The notes below the pieces were generated by a model, which was not told the DNA's origin, ran no database searches, and worked only from the letters and a program-made list of their open reading frames with translations. The position numbers were made by a program, and so were the translations under genes. Positions 12,136 through 24,886 of a stretch of DNA of 39,932 nt are shown here, piece after piece. Source of the stretch: Octopus bimaculoides. Lineage: Eukaryota. Every line of letters begins with the position of its first letter. The first letter of the stretch is position 1. Where the stretch lies: assembly GCF_001194135.2 (NCBI RefSeq), contig NC_068981.1, forward strand, positions 162,330,447-162,370,378, given 5' to 3'.

Positions 12136-12350
12136 GGAGCGTGGCCGTTGCCAGTACCGCCTGACTGGTCTTCGTGCGGGTGACACGTAAAAGCGCCCAC
12201 TACACTCTCTGAGCGGTTGGCGTTAGGAAGGGCATCCAGCTGTAGAAACTCTGCCAAATCAGATTAGAGTCTGGTGCTGCCATCCGGTTTCACCAGTCCT
12301 CAGTCAAATCGTCCAACTCATGCTAGCATGGAAAACAGACGTTAAACGAT
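12136..12350 (+). mobile_element. SINE-like family D, 3' part
   Basis: Ends catgctagcatggaaaacagacgttaaacgat; inverted relative to the next copy. Confidence 0.8.
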
Positions 12351-12740
12351 CATCATCATCATCATTATCATCGTTTAACGTCCGCTTTCCATGCTAGCAT
12401 GGGTTGGATGATTTGACTAAGGACTGACGAACCAAATGGCTGCACCAGGCTCCAATCTGATCTGGCAGAGTTTCTACAGCTGGATGCCCTTCCTAATGCC
12501 AACCACTCCGAGAGTGTAGTGAGGGCTTTTACGAGCCACAGGCATGAGGGCTAGTCAGGTGGTACTGGCAATGGCCATGCTTAAGTGGTGTTTTTTACAT
12601 GCCACCTGCACAGGAGCCAGTCCAGCGGCACTGGCAACAACCTCACTCGAATGTTTTTTTACGTGTCACCGGCACAAGTGCCAGTAAGGTGACACTGGTA
12701 CTGAACACATTCGAATGGTGCTTTTTATATGCCACCAGCA
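12351..12740 (-). mobile_element. SINE-like family D with (GAT)n tail and ~65-bp internal repeats
   Basis: (CAT)n on the plus strand is its tail; gtgttttttacatgccacc-like unit recurs at ~12588, ~12652, ~12717. Confidence 0.8.
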
Positions 12741-12939
12741 TGGTTTATGTGGCATATATATATATATATATATATATATAAGCAATGTTAATTCTCTAAA
12801 TGAAGTATTAACAGTAACTGCACGATAAAGTGTAGTATATTGCCACTTAAGTGTGGCTGACCCCTAGGGGTGGATGTTACTGTTGCTTTTAGCCCCAGGA
12901 GGATGTAAAGGTGTACACCTGTACATCTTCATTACTTCA

Positions 12940-13440
12940 TTACTCATCTATATTTAATTCACCTACCTTGGTGAACACACACATACTTTGCCATAACACT
13001 ACCTGGATTTACCTTAGATTTTACCTAAGGACATACAGAATAACATTCATACCCTCTGAAAAATGAGTTGTGTATTTCCTTATTTCCTTACTCTCTACTC
13101 TTTTACTTCATTGCTTATTATCTGCGAATTTTCGATGTCTAAATCTTTTATTTGAATATTTCCATGTCTACATCTTTCATATATTTTCCACTTGTCTCCG
13201 ATGACAGAATACCCCATATTCAGGCATACTCGCCTATAGGTTGAGATATCCCCGGAACAGCTGTAAAACCTCAACTAATCTAAGAATAATATATAATAAT
13301 GTATATAAACTGAGATGCTTGTTATATATATATCTGCTACTTCGGAAACCTTAAATGGATCCATAGCTCCCATCTCAGTTATGAGCTTGGAACCCTGATA
13401 ATCCATTACAGCACTTACCCAGCGTACCTATTCATTTAGA
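12940..13440 (+). mobile_element. Probable Penelope-like terminal-repeat remnant
   Basis: Degenerate hammerhead-like core and downstream motif shared with 1740-1990. Confidence 0.45.
13194..13269 (+). ncRNA. Degenerate hammerhead-like motif with long stem-II insert
   Basis: GTCT-CCGATGA-(~49 nt)-GGAAC-AGCT-GTA-AAAC; both conserved boxes carry one substitution. Confidence 0.35.
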
Positions 13441-13606
13441 TCACCAGTGAACTAAATCCCCATATTGTGCATATACATACATATATATATTAGCTGCTAT
13501 TTCTGAACTTTGGTATATGGTGAAGCAAATGCTTGCTGATCCCTTAATTATGTTTATATATATATATATATATATTATGTGTGTATATATATATATATAT
13601 GTAGTT

Positions 13607-13920
13607 TTTATTTATTTATGCACCCTTTTTTAAAGCCTAGCCAGGCTCATGGGCCCGGTTTCCCGGTTTCTATGGCGTACATGTCCCCACCCCCGCCAGC
13701 TGGACGGGACGCCAGTCCATCACAGCTTTACTCAAGAATCAGGAAGAAAGAGTGAGAGGGCGAAAGAGTACAACAGGGGTCGCCACAATCCCCTGCCGGA
13801 GCCTCGTGGAGCTTAGGTGTTTTCGCTCAATAAACACACACAACGCCCAGTCTGGGAATCGAAACCACAATCCTCCGACCATGAGTCCACTGCCCTAACC
13901 ACTGGGCCATTGTGCCTCCA
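13607..13920 (-). mobile_element. SINE family B2 variant with a different central segment
   Basis: Head and tail match 8556-8815 but 13735-13820 is unrelated; sits next to (TA)n. Confidence 0.8.
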
Positions 13921-14409
13921 CATATATATATATGTATATGTATGCATATATGTATCTATATATACATAAATACATATATATATATATAAATATACATATA
14001 CACACATGTACACATACACGCACAAACATAAGCTCACAGATATCTATATATGCATCATATACAACTGCTGTATGTTTACGATGATATATGTATGCCTATG
14101 CATGTTTCTCTACCTGAGGAAAACCATCTATCTATTACAAATCTTTACGCTCCAGTTTCATAATGAACAGTAATCATTGATATTAGATGAGAGATTCTTC
14201 AGTATTATCCTTGAGCAATAAACTGAAACTGTTCAGTCTGTAGAGGCAGAATTCTCTAGACTCTAAATCTTCATCATCAATGACGTTTCTCAGGGCATGA
14301 GACATTAATGACAGGGTATTCTTTGTTTTGGTCTTGCTACTTGAGACTGTTTAAACTTGGGAGCTTTGAGCTAGAATTTATGTATATCGATGTGAAAGTT
14401 GACTGGAGA

Positions 14410-14757
14410 AAGGAAAAGAAAGGAAAGGCAAGGAAAGGCAAGGAAAGAAAAGGAAAGAAGGTGAGAGAAAGGAAAAGAAGGAAAGGATGAAGACGGAGAG
14501 ATCAGAAGTAGGTTACATGAAAGAAAGAAAGAAAAGGTGGAAGACAAGAAGAAAGTAAAAGGAAGGAAGGAAGGAAGGAAGGAAGGAAGGAAGGAAGGAT
14601 GAATGAAACAAAGAAACAATGAAAGAAATAACAAAGGAAAGAACAGAAGAAAGAAAGAAAGAAAGAAAGGGAGGAAGGAAGGAAGGATGAATGAATGAAT
14701 GAAACAAAGAAACAATGAAAGAAATAACAAAAGAAAGAACAGAAGAAAGAAGAAAAA

Positions 14758-14836
<79 letters not shown>

Positions 14837-14946
14837 TGAAAGGGAGGAAGGAAGGAAGGAAGGAAGGATGAATGAATGAATGAAACAAAGAAACAATGAA
14901 AGAAATAACAAAATAAAGAACAGAAGAAAGAAGAAAAAGGAAGGAA

Positions 14947-14988
<42 letters not shown>

Positions 14989-15545
14989 AGGAACGGGAGG
15001 AAGGAAGGAAGGAAGGAAGGAAAGATGAATGAATGAATGAAGCAAAGAAACAATGAAAGAAATAACAAAGGAAAGAACAGAAGAAAGAAGAAAAGGAAGG
15101 AAGGCAGGAAGGAAGGAAGAAGGGAAGGAGAGAAGGAAAGAAGGAAGGAAGGAAGGAAGGAAGGAAGGAAGGAAGGAAGGAGAGAAGGAAAGAAGGAAGG
15201 AAGGAAGGAAGGGAAGGAGGAAGGAAGNNNNNNNNNNAGGAGGAAGGAAGGAAGGAAGGAAGGAAGGAAGAAGGGGAGGGAGGGAGGGAGGAATAAAAGA
15301 AGAAAATAAGGAAAGAAGGAAGGAATAAAGGAAGAAAAGAAGGAAGGAAGAAAAGAAGGAAGGAAGAAAGAAAAGGAGAAAAGAAGGAAGAAAAGGAGGA
15401 AGGAAAGCAGAAAGTAAAAGGAAGGAAGGAAGGAAGGAAGGAACGAACAAACGAATGGACGAACGAACGAACGAACGAACGAACGAAGGAAAGAAGAAAG
15501 GAAAGAGGAAAGTAAAAGGAAGAAAGAAAGAAAGAAAAAAGGAAT
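14410..15545. repeat. ~1.1-kb polypurine tract (GGAA/GAAA/GAAT) with a higher-order repeat
   Basis: Core gaaacaaagaaacaatgaaagaaataacaaa..aaagaacagaagaaag at ~14605, 14701, 14882, 15039. Confidence 0.9.
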
Positions 15546-16189
15546 GAAAGACTGATGTAAACATTAAAACAGTGAAGAATAAACTTGAGAAAAAGATAAA
15601 AAGATAAATTAAGGTAGGGAAGCATATTGAAGCAAATTCTTCCCACTTTCAGTGGGAGAGCCGATATGTAGTTGCATGATTTACTAGAAATTTATTACAA
15701 AAAATATCTGTTATTTTTTTGGAAAAGAACAAACTTGACATTAGCTGTTTACTGCTGTGAAGAATTCTTGCTTTAGGCAATGGGCATTAAAAAGGCACCA
15801 ATAGTCATTTCAAGGTGCCCTCTGGCAGAATCAATGAATGCATTTTCTATCTTCTTGGCTAACATCAGCATAATGCACCCTAAGACAAACAGCCCTAAAA
15901 CGACTTTGGAAATATTCATTTCCTTATAGAAGATCATCCCCCAAAACATTAGCTGATTATGTGTGACGCTAACCTACACTGAATAAAAGATTGTAATAGG
16001 CATATGAGAGACTCTTTCTCAATGGTAAACAGCAGTGAATAAAGCCTTTATACAGGTCAAATATATTCCAAACATATTGGAAATTATCTAAACATTTGTT
16101 TACTCACAACATTATTTTCATGTGCCTTCAGCAATATTTTTACTCTGAGCTTTTTTTCTTTTTCATATTACATGCATTAAATACTGTGA

Positions 16190-16470
16190 AGGCACATGGC
16201 TTAGTGGTTAGAGTGTCAGGCTCACAACCACAAGGTAGTGAGTTCAGTTCCCTGACTGGGCTACATGTCATGTTCTTGAGCAAGACACTTTATTCCACAT
16301 TGCTTTATTTCACTCATGAGAAATGAGTTGCAGCGTCACTGGTGCAAAGGCTTTTGCCTTTTCCTTGGATAACATCAGTGGCATGGAGAAGGGAAGATGG
16401 TATGTATGGGCAACTGCTGGTCTTCCATAAATAACTTTACCTGGACTTCTGCCTCAGAAGAAAATTTTCT
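16190..16470 (+). mobile_element. SINE family B1, internally deleted
   Basis: aggcacatggcttagtggttagagtgtcagg...gagttcagttcc; homologous to the reverse complement of 3571-3887. Confidence 0.8.
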
Positions 16471-17290
16471 ATGATGATGATGATGATGACAACGACATTG
16501 ACAATGACAACAGCAACGAGGAGGATTTTGTCATCTACCAATGAAATACATGCATATGTATGTATACACATCCAACAGGCTTCAGCACAATTTCTGAGTA
16601 GCAAATTTCATCTTCAAGTCTTCGGTTGATTCAATACAATGGTATAAGACATTTGGTATAAGATACAGTGTAGTGAGAGTGAACCCAGAATCACAGATTT
16701 ATTAAGCAGACTTATATTCACTATCATGACTGCCTTCTTTACAATCTATTTAAGATCATCAAGATTTCTAATGATGAACAAAAGAAAACTGCTGGCAAAT
16801 AATTAAATAAATCAACAAATACATAAAACTGTCTAAAATACATTGCAAAATACTTAATAGCTCATTAATGACTTTGATTTTGTTAATTAATTAATTTCAA
16901 GAAAACTGACAAGTTACATGATTATTTCTTCATCTTCACTCATTACTGTTTTCTTCTCTCTTAGCTTGACTTAGTTAACCAGAAACAATTTATCCTTATG
17001 TGTTATGATTTGAAAAGTTTTTCTTCAAATAGGAAATCAAAACAGCATCTGTACACATCTTAATTTAACTTCTGAATGTAATCAATTAAAATTTTGAGGA
17101 CATTAAAAGAATATCAGATACAAATAAGCATATATACATAACTACATACATATGCACATGTCTCTGAATATTATATTTCTACAATTTATATTGGATTACA
17201 GGTGCCAGTCATTGGACTGCTGCAATACTGGGTCAATATTTACAAGGGTTTTCATTGACTCTGTAATTTCTTAACTTTAGTAATTATAAA

Positions 17291-17617
17291 GGACCCCTTT
17301 AGTCATGAATGACCATAGGATTGCACCTAGAAAGTTACCCTCCAAGGCAGAAGTCCCAGTAAGCTTGTTTATGGAAGACCAGCAGTCACCCATGCATACC
17401 AGCATTCCCTCTCCATGCCACTGATGTTATCCAAGGGAAAAGTAAAGGCCAATACAGCTTGGCACCAGTGACGTTGCAACTCATTTTTACAGCTGAGTGA
17501 ACGAGCAACATGAAATAAAGGTGTCTTATTCAAAAACACTACACACAGCCTGGTCTAAGAATCAAACACACTACCTTATGATTGTGTGTCCAATGCTCTA
17601 ACTACTGAGCCATGTCC
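17291..17617 (-). mobile_element. SINE family B1, near full length
   Basis: Collinear with 3571-3887. Confidence 0.85.
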
Positions 17618-17626
17618 CTTCACTAG

Positions 17627-17667
<41 letters not shown>

Positions 17668-18150
17668 NNNNNNNNNNNNNNNNNNNNNNNNNNNNNNNNN
17701 NNNNNNNNNNNNNNNNNNNNNNNNNNNNNNNNNNNNNNNNNNNNNNNNNNNNNNNNNNNNNNNNNNNNNNNNNNNNNNNNNNNNNNNNNNNNNNNNNNNN
17801 NNNNNNNNNNNNNNNNNNNNNNNNNNNNNNNNNNNNNNNNNNNNNNNNNNNNNNNNNNNNNNNNNNNNNNNNNNNNNNNNNNNNNNNNNNNNNNNNNNNN
17901 NNNNNNNNNNNNNNNNNNNNNNNNNNNNNNNNNNNNNNNNNNNNNNNNNNNNNNNNNNNNNNNNNNNNNNNNNNNNNNNNNNNNNNNNNNNNNNNNNNNN
18001 NNNNNNNNNNNNNNNNNNNNNNNNNNNNNNNNATATATGCATGTATGTATACATATAGATGTAGGTATGTACATATATGTATGGATATATGCATATATTT
18101 ATAGATTATTTATATTATTATATGATCGAACGCCACACATCCGTTTCCAA

Positions 18151-18184
<34 letters not shown>

Positions 18185-19788
18185 TGATCTTCTCTTGAAA
18201 ATGGGAGCCAGAATAACTTCATCTGACAGGTCACCAGTTGCATAACTATAATTTTTGCATATATCACTTGCAAATTATGATAATTACATAACTCTTGGCT
18301 TCCTGAAACTGCTGTTGGGATAAGACATTACATAATTTCATTATATGTTTATTTTTCTTTACTTTTATTCTGCACTTTCTTGTGTCTATGCAGAGCACCC
18401 AACACAGCTGAAGTCCAGGACTCTCCTATCGAACACAACGTATTGGTGTTCAGCTTTTGCTGAATGACCTGCACAAATGATTTGTTTATAGTGATCAAAT
18501 GTATGTGATGTACATTAGCTTATTTCCCCCTTCAAATCAATGTTGCCTGGCCAGTGTATAAGTTACTCATTGAAAAATGCAAGTGTAAAAATGGTTAATC
18601 ATAGAGTGATCTTTTGGGTTTTTCATATACTGATATTACAAGAAAAATGTCATGTATATTTGATGAAAATGTAATACTTAACTAGTATCTAGCATTCTAG
18701 TTTTGTTATACTTAAGTCTTTGGAATTTTACCTGTTTCAATTAATTAATATTCTTCACATTTTGCTTAATAAATTTTTATCAGCTGGCAAAATCTCCAGA
18801 GCTAATTCATTGCTTTCATCTCAATATAACCAAGCTGAATATAAAATGCCACTATTTGAATATAAAACTGATGGCTTCAGATTTCAGCAGATTTCATAGG
18901 TACTTAGCCAGTAAAGTTGAATGCTTTAAAATTTGCTTGCAAAAGGAGTGTTTGTGCATAAAAAACCTTATTTTGAAAAAGTTTGAGGTAGAGCCTATAC
19001 ACTTATTATTACTTTTATGAGTGAGTAAATTACAAAGATATGTATTTCTTAACATATATCCTATTTACAGGACAGTCATTAATGATTCTACAGTTACAGC
19101 AACATGTAGTAACTTTCATATTTGTATGATACTGGTAGGTGATATTATATATGATGTAGATACAGTGTCTAAAGTGTTTATCAACTGCACCAGTAGGGGA
19201 AATTTTAGTTACCTACATGCTATTATGACTGTCATAAATAAGACCATTACTACTAATGTTAGAGTTGTTATTTTGTCCTATATATGAACACTAACAACTA
19301 ATATGTTATTTCAGTTGTAGATGAGACATATAAATATTTGATTGTAGATGCTAGTTATTTATTTGTGTGCATACACTTACATAAGTAATATATATGCATA
19401 TAATTAGTATTTTAGGAGTTCATAATAAGAAGAGAGATGAGTTCACTTCGACCCTCAATTTATCATAAATGTGATGTATGTTGACACATATGAGAAATAT
19501 TTCATTATATTGATAAAATATTGATTTTGGCATTTAGGTTGGCAAACCATATGTACATTTATATACATGTTTACACATATGTAAATAAATACATGTATAG
19601 ATGTATGAGTGTTATTGGAGCATTTGAACATATACGTTTACATATATATATATATAATATATATGTAATAAATATATAATTAAAATGTATAATTATATAT
19701 TATATTAGGTATATATATAATTTATATATATATGTGTGCATGTGTGTGTATGTATGTAATTATATATATATATATACATATATATACA

Positions 19789-21166
19789 CAGGGGCTGGAC
19801 AAAATAATGGAAACACCTAGCATCATAGCATCATAATTTTGAAATATCTATAAAACTGTCAAAAGCATGTTTATTTTTATGTTTATTGATTTATTATTAG
19901 TGTTGCTTAATATGTTTTGCTAAAATTGCTGTTTCTTTTCAGATATCATCAGAAAAAGTACTTAAAATTTATTAAAATGACAGATCTATCGGACGTTCAA
20001 AGAGGTCAAATTGTTGGTGCTCATATGGCAGGCACTAGCATAATGGAAACAGCCCAAATTCTTTGTGTATCAAGAAGTACTATCTTGAAAGTAATGACAG
20101 TCTTTGAGAAAGAGGGAAAAACCTCCTCGTCAAAACAAAACTCCAGAAGAAAACTAAAACTTTCAGATAGGGACCGTCGGACACTTACACAACTTGTAAG
20201 AAAGGATTACAAAAGTGCAGCCTCCAGAATTACTGCAGAGTTTAATGACCGCATCAAGAACCCAGTTTCCACAAAAACTGTTTGCTGGGTGCTGCACAAA
20301 GCCAGATTTCATGGGAGGGCTGCAATCAGAAAACCACTACTTTCAAAAATAAACATTGCAAAGCATTTAGAGTGGAGTAAAAACCTACAGAATTGGTCCC
20401 TAGAGCAGTGGAAGAATGTTATTTTCTCAGACAAGTCATCCTTTACCCCATTTCTGACCACCGGCCGAGTATACATGTGGAGACAGCCAAAAGAAGCATT
20501 TAACCCATTAAACATGGAGGAGGATCTGTGATGATCGGTGAGGGGCTATATCTTGGGAATCCACTGGCCCAATGGTTTCCCTTCATGNNNNNNNNNNNNN
20601 NNNNNNNNNNNNNNNNNNNNNNNNNNNNNNNNNNNNNNNNNNNNNNNNNNNNNNNNNNNNNNNNNNNNNNNNNNNNNNNNNNNNNNNNNNNNNNNNNNNN
20701 NNNNNNNNNNNNNNNNNNNNNNNNNNTTAAGCATTTTATCTGATCAAATTCATTGTATGGTTGCGGAACTGTTTCCGGGAGGGGGGGGGGACACAATCTT
20801 TCAGGATGATAATGCACCAATTCACACAGCTAAAGTTGTTACTGAATGGCACGAGGAACATTCTAGTGAAGTTGAACATCTTATCTGGCCACCACAGTCC
20901 CCAGATCTCAATATTATTGAACATTTATAGTGCGTTTTACAAAAACAAGTAAGGAGTCGATATCCTCCACCATCATCACTACAAGAACTGGAGACTGTTT
21001 TAGCCAAAGAAAGGACCAAAATTTCTTTGGAAGCAATTCAAACTTTTTATGAGTCCATACCTCGTAGAATTCAAGCTGTAATTACTGCCAAAGGCGGTCC
21101 TACCCAATATTTAAAATAAATTTGTTTGAAACTTTAAGGTGTTTCCTTTATTTTGTCCAACCTCTG
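19789..21166 (+). mobile_element. Tc1-like DNA transposon, DD36E spacing, copy 1
   Basis: TIRs caggggctggacaaaataatggaaacacct / aggtgtttcctttattttgtccaacctctg, TA on the right, inserted in (TA)n; includes a 139-N gap. Confidence 0.9.
19977..21119 (+). pseudogene. Tc1-like transposase, disrupted
   Basis: MTDLSDVQRGQIVG HTH-type start, GRAAIRKPLL linker, VIFSDK (first Asp), IFQDDNAPIH (Asp 20808) and WPPQSPDLNIIE (Glu 20919); deletion/frameshift near 20500 and a stop at 20928. Confidence 0.85.
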
Positions 21167-21397
21167 TATATATATTATTATTACATATGTACAAATATAG
21201 AATGAAACATTGTGCAACTATCAGATATTTATTCACTCTAAACATCCTTGTTCTGAGTCCTCCTTTGAGTCTTAGTTTATTCTGAAACCATCTAAGAATC
21301 CTTTATTATATTTGTGTGCGTGTGTATGTGTGTGTGTGTGTGTGGTGTGTATGTGTGTATATATTTACATACAAATGCACATATTTACACTTCCTGA

Positions 21398-21446
<49 letters not shown>

Positions 21447-21764
21447 AAAGCCTAGTACTTATTCTATCAGTCACTTTTGCTGAACCACTAAATTACAGGG
21501 ACGTAAACACACCATCATTGGTTGTCAAGCAATGTTGGGGGGACAAACACAGACACACAAACATATACACACACATACATATATATATATATGCATATAT
21601 ACGACAGGCTTCTTTCAATTTCTGTCTACTAAATGCACTCACAAGGCTTTGATTAGCTCGAGGCTATAGTAGAAGACACTTGCCCAAGGTGCCACACAGT
21701 GGGACTGAACCTGGAACCATCTGGTTCGTAAGCAAGCTACTTACCACACAGCCAATCCTACGCC
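21447..21764 (-). mobile_element. SINE family A lacking its 3' tail
   Basis: Collinear with 1100-1431; abuts (TA)n. Confidence 0.85.
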
Positions 21765-22186
21765 TAATTGCATAATATTTTTATTTTGTGCTGTTAAATG
21801 TTTTGATTTTTTCTGTTTTCCTTGCATACTGTTTTTCTCTGTTATCTTTGTGTGGTACAGTGGATTAATTTAAGACTTTAGCTCTTATTTCTAGCAGGTA
21901 GATGCTTGTTAAGCATCATTACGCTTCGTGCAAATTTATAATTCATAGCTATTTAATGCTATTGCGCCTGCAATCCACCTATGTCACTGCTGGTGATATC
22001 ATCAATTTTAAAATTTATCCACAGATGATATGAACAGTAGTGACATCTGATTTCAAATCTCAGTATTTGAATGTTTTGTTTATATATATGTATATATAAA
22101 TATATAGTTTTAGGGAAAATAACCAATTTTCAAGAACTCATCGATGAAAATCCACTATCACATATAGAAAAATTAATAATTAAAAG

Positions 22187-23078
22187 CACAATGTTCAGCA
22201 AAATTTGATGATTTTTTTATTTCTCCTTTTTTTCAAGAACAGACTGATGTATTGGTGAACAGTCACCAATATGCAAATATGGAGAGCATAAAGATTGTAG
22301 TTGAGATAAAAGTTAGCTGACATGGAGGTCTGGAAACTATTTGAATATTGGAAAAGCGCATTGCCTGTATCATGATGGGTTGTGCTGGGCGTTAAAACAT
22401 TGACATCATGACTGCTGCTTAATACTCTGTGAATGCTGTAAAGGCTGTAAGACATGATATGGATAGCTGCAACAGAGACAATGAATCCATGAACAGCAGG
22501 AAGAGACATGTCAGGTGTTCTGACTGCATCCACATGTCAGAGTTCTTCTCTATATCTTTAAACAGGGTCTTAGGCTCAATTCAGATTGTTATGTGAAACT
22601 GCTGGAAACCATGGTCAATCCTTGGTTGGAGAGGCTTGCTGCTGGAAGGCCATATATGTGGCAGCAAGATTTGGCACTTTTCCATATCTCTGGAAAGTGT
22701 TAGAAATGGTCGTCAGAGAATTTCCATGACATCCTCAGCCCCGATTTTCCCCAATTGTAATCCCAAGGATTACTATGTGTAGGGTGCAGTTGAGAAAGAC
22801 CGTTCTGGCTGCAACACCAAGACTAAGCTGGCGACCAAGATCAAAGAGGTGTTCAAAGATTTTCTCAGGGACACAGTGAAGAATTTATGTGCCAGGTTCC
22901 AAAGTCATCTTGTGGTTGTGGTGGAAGCTGAGAGCAACTATTTTGAGTAAACTGCTATCTCCCAGCCATAGCCTAGATGAGAGTTTTTGATTTTTTAAAA
23001 ATTACTTTTATTTTTGGATGGACTGTTTTGTTTCATTTTCCTTTTATGCAAACTGTCAAATTTAGCTCAAGCACCCAG
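22187..23078 (+). mobile_element. Internally deleted maT-like (DD37D-type) element
   Basis: N-terminal ...DMDSCNRDNESMNSRKRHVRCSDCIHMSEF joined at ~22545 to QGLRLNSDCYVKLLETMVNPWLERLAAGRPYMWQQD...NPKDYYV*GAVEK; right end aaatttagctcaagcacccag|TA; left TIR only weakly recognisable. Confidence 0.65.
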
Positions 23079-24409
23079 TATAACTAGATAGGTTTAGACA
23101 TATGTAGTGTGTGTACAATTTGCAAATCTAACAGCCAACATCAAAATTTTATTAAATAACAAAATATATCTCATGTTTTTCAACATATATTATGTTAATG
23201 AGAAGTTCCTAATTGAATTCAACCTACCTTCTCTGTTATTAGGAACTGCTATAATGTTTATTAAATAAATTTTCCATCAACATTGCTGAACATATGCTTG
23301 TAATTATCTGCAAATTGTTTTGAAATAGCTTAATATCTTCCATATATAATTACTAATTTACTATATTAATATATATTAATAATGAATACCTAATCAATAT
23401 TAATACTATTTATAAGGTGGAAAATGTATCTATGAATATCTCTAGGTTGTCACCAGAAGTCTGTTATTTTTACATCATCCATTACAAATATTGTTGTTGT
23501 TATTATTGTTATTATTATTACTATTATTATTGTTGTTATTGAATCATTATTATTGAATACAGACATTATCATCATTTTTTTACCAATATTGTTTAAAATC
23601 AATTATCATTAATATACTTATATATTGGATATTAATATAGACATATTTTCTATATGTAATTATGTATAATCATACGCTCATTTGGAATTTGTTCCATTTG
23701 CTGCAATTTCTTCACATGAGAAGAGGAGATAATTTCGAATATCAGGAATTTTCGAAAATTGACATTCCAATTATAGAAAAAGAGACAGTCTGAATGTCAA
23801 AATACAACAGGACAGTTGTGTACACACGTTTCTACCTCAGTAGCTGTCATCAGCACTGCAATTATCCTACCTCATCTCTAACAGAACAGACATAGGCAAA
23901 AAAATGTAGAATGCATTTGTGGGTTAAGTAATACATTAAATATTATTTAGAAATGACAAATATTTGCAAAAATACCTATGGTTGATCTGCCATAAATAAT
24001 AGCCATTCTCCTTTATATCACCCAGACATATATTAAAAACATGAAGGACAAATTGAATAATTAGGTACTATGTACACTGTATGTAAATAAATCTAATAGG
24101 GTGGCCATGTCTGGAACACCTTTGATCCTAAGTCTACTCAATTTCATAAGGTGACCCGGCTATAGCTTGGTTAAAAGTAAGATCTGGCAGACTGATTTGT
24201 CCAAAAGTATTTCCTTTAGTACATTACTGAGATTAAATCTTACCAGTTGTATAAAACTTAGAGAGAGTTCAAGTTCAGCCAGGGTGAGATTCAAACAAGT
24301 ATTTTCATTATTTAGCATTGCTCAAATCCAATCCCGATACAGTGTGTATCACAGGACAGGAGTGTCCAAGCATGTCCCAACACTCACACTCAATCCAGCT
24401 CTCACTCAG

Positions 24410-24441
<32 letters not shown>

Positions 24442-24855
24442 GCACACACGTAATAGTAGTATTGATTACTTCCTTCACAATTCACATCTGTTCAGCATGG
24501 ATTCATTACAGAGAAGATTATCACGTCTTCAATGGAATTCCATTAAGACCATAATTCTGCCAATTTATTGATTCCATCAGAAAATCGATTCTTCATGAAA
24601 GCACATAAAGTATTTTACCATTGTTCTGTTACAAGACAACAATTGCATCAATTAGAGTAAATACTGATTCAGACTAAAGTAATGAGTCGATGATAAAATT
24701 GATGTGGTTTCATTTAAAAATAGAAGCAATTGAATCTAACCTTAGGCTTGACAGTTTGCAGATGGTTAATACTCAGAGAGACACACACACACACACATAT
24801 GCATATAAATATATATGCGTATACACTCACATACACACACACACACACACACATA

Positions 24856-24886
<31 letters not shown>

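Noticed and set aside
14150-14330. Minus-strand open frame ...MSHALRNVIDDEDLESREFCLYRLNSF...
   Set aside because: About 55 codons, weak acceptor, no recognisable homology; compatible with chance.
18784-19134. Plus-strand candidate exons 18784-18899 and 19071-19134
   Set aside because: Splice-like signals exist but the peptides are unrecognisable, and such signals are frequent in AT-rich DNA.
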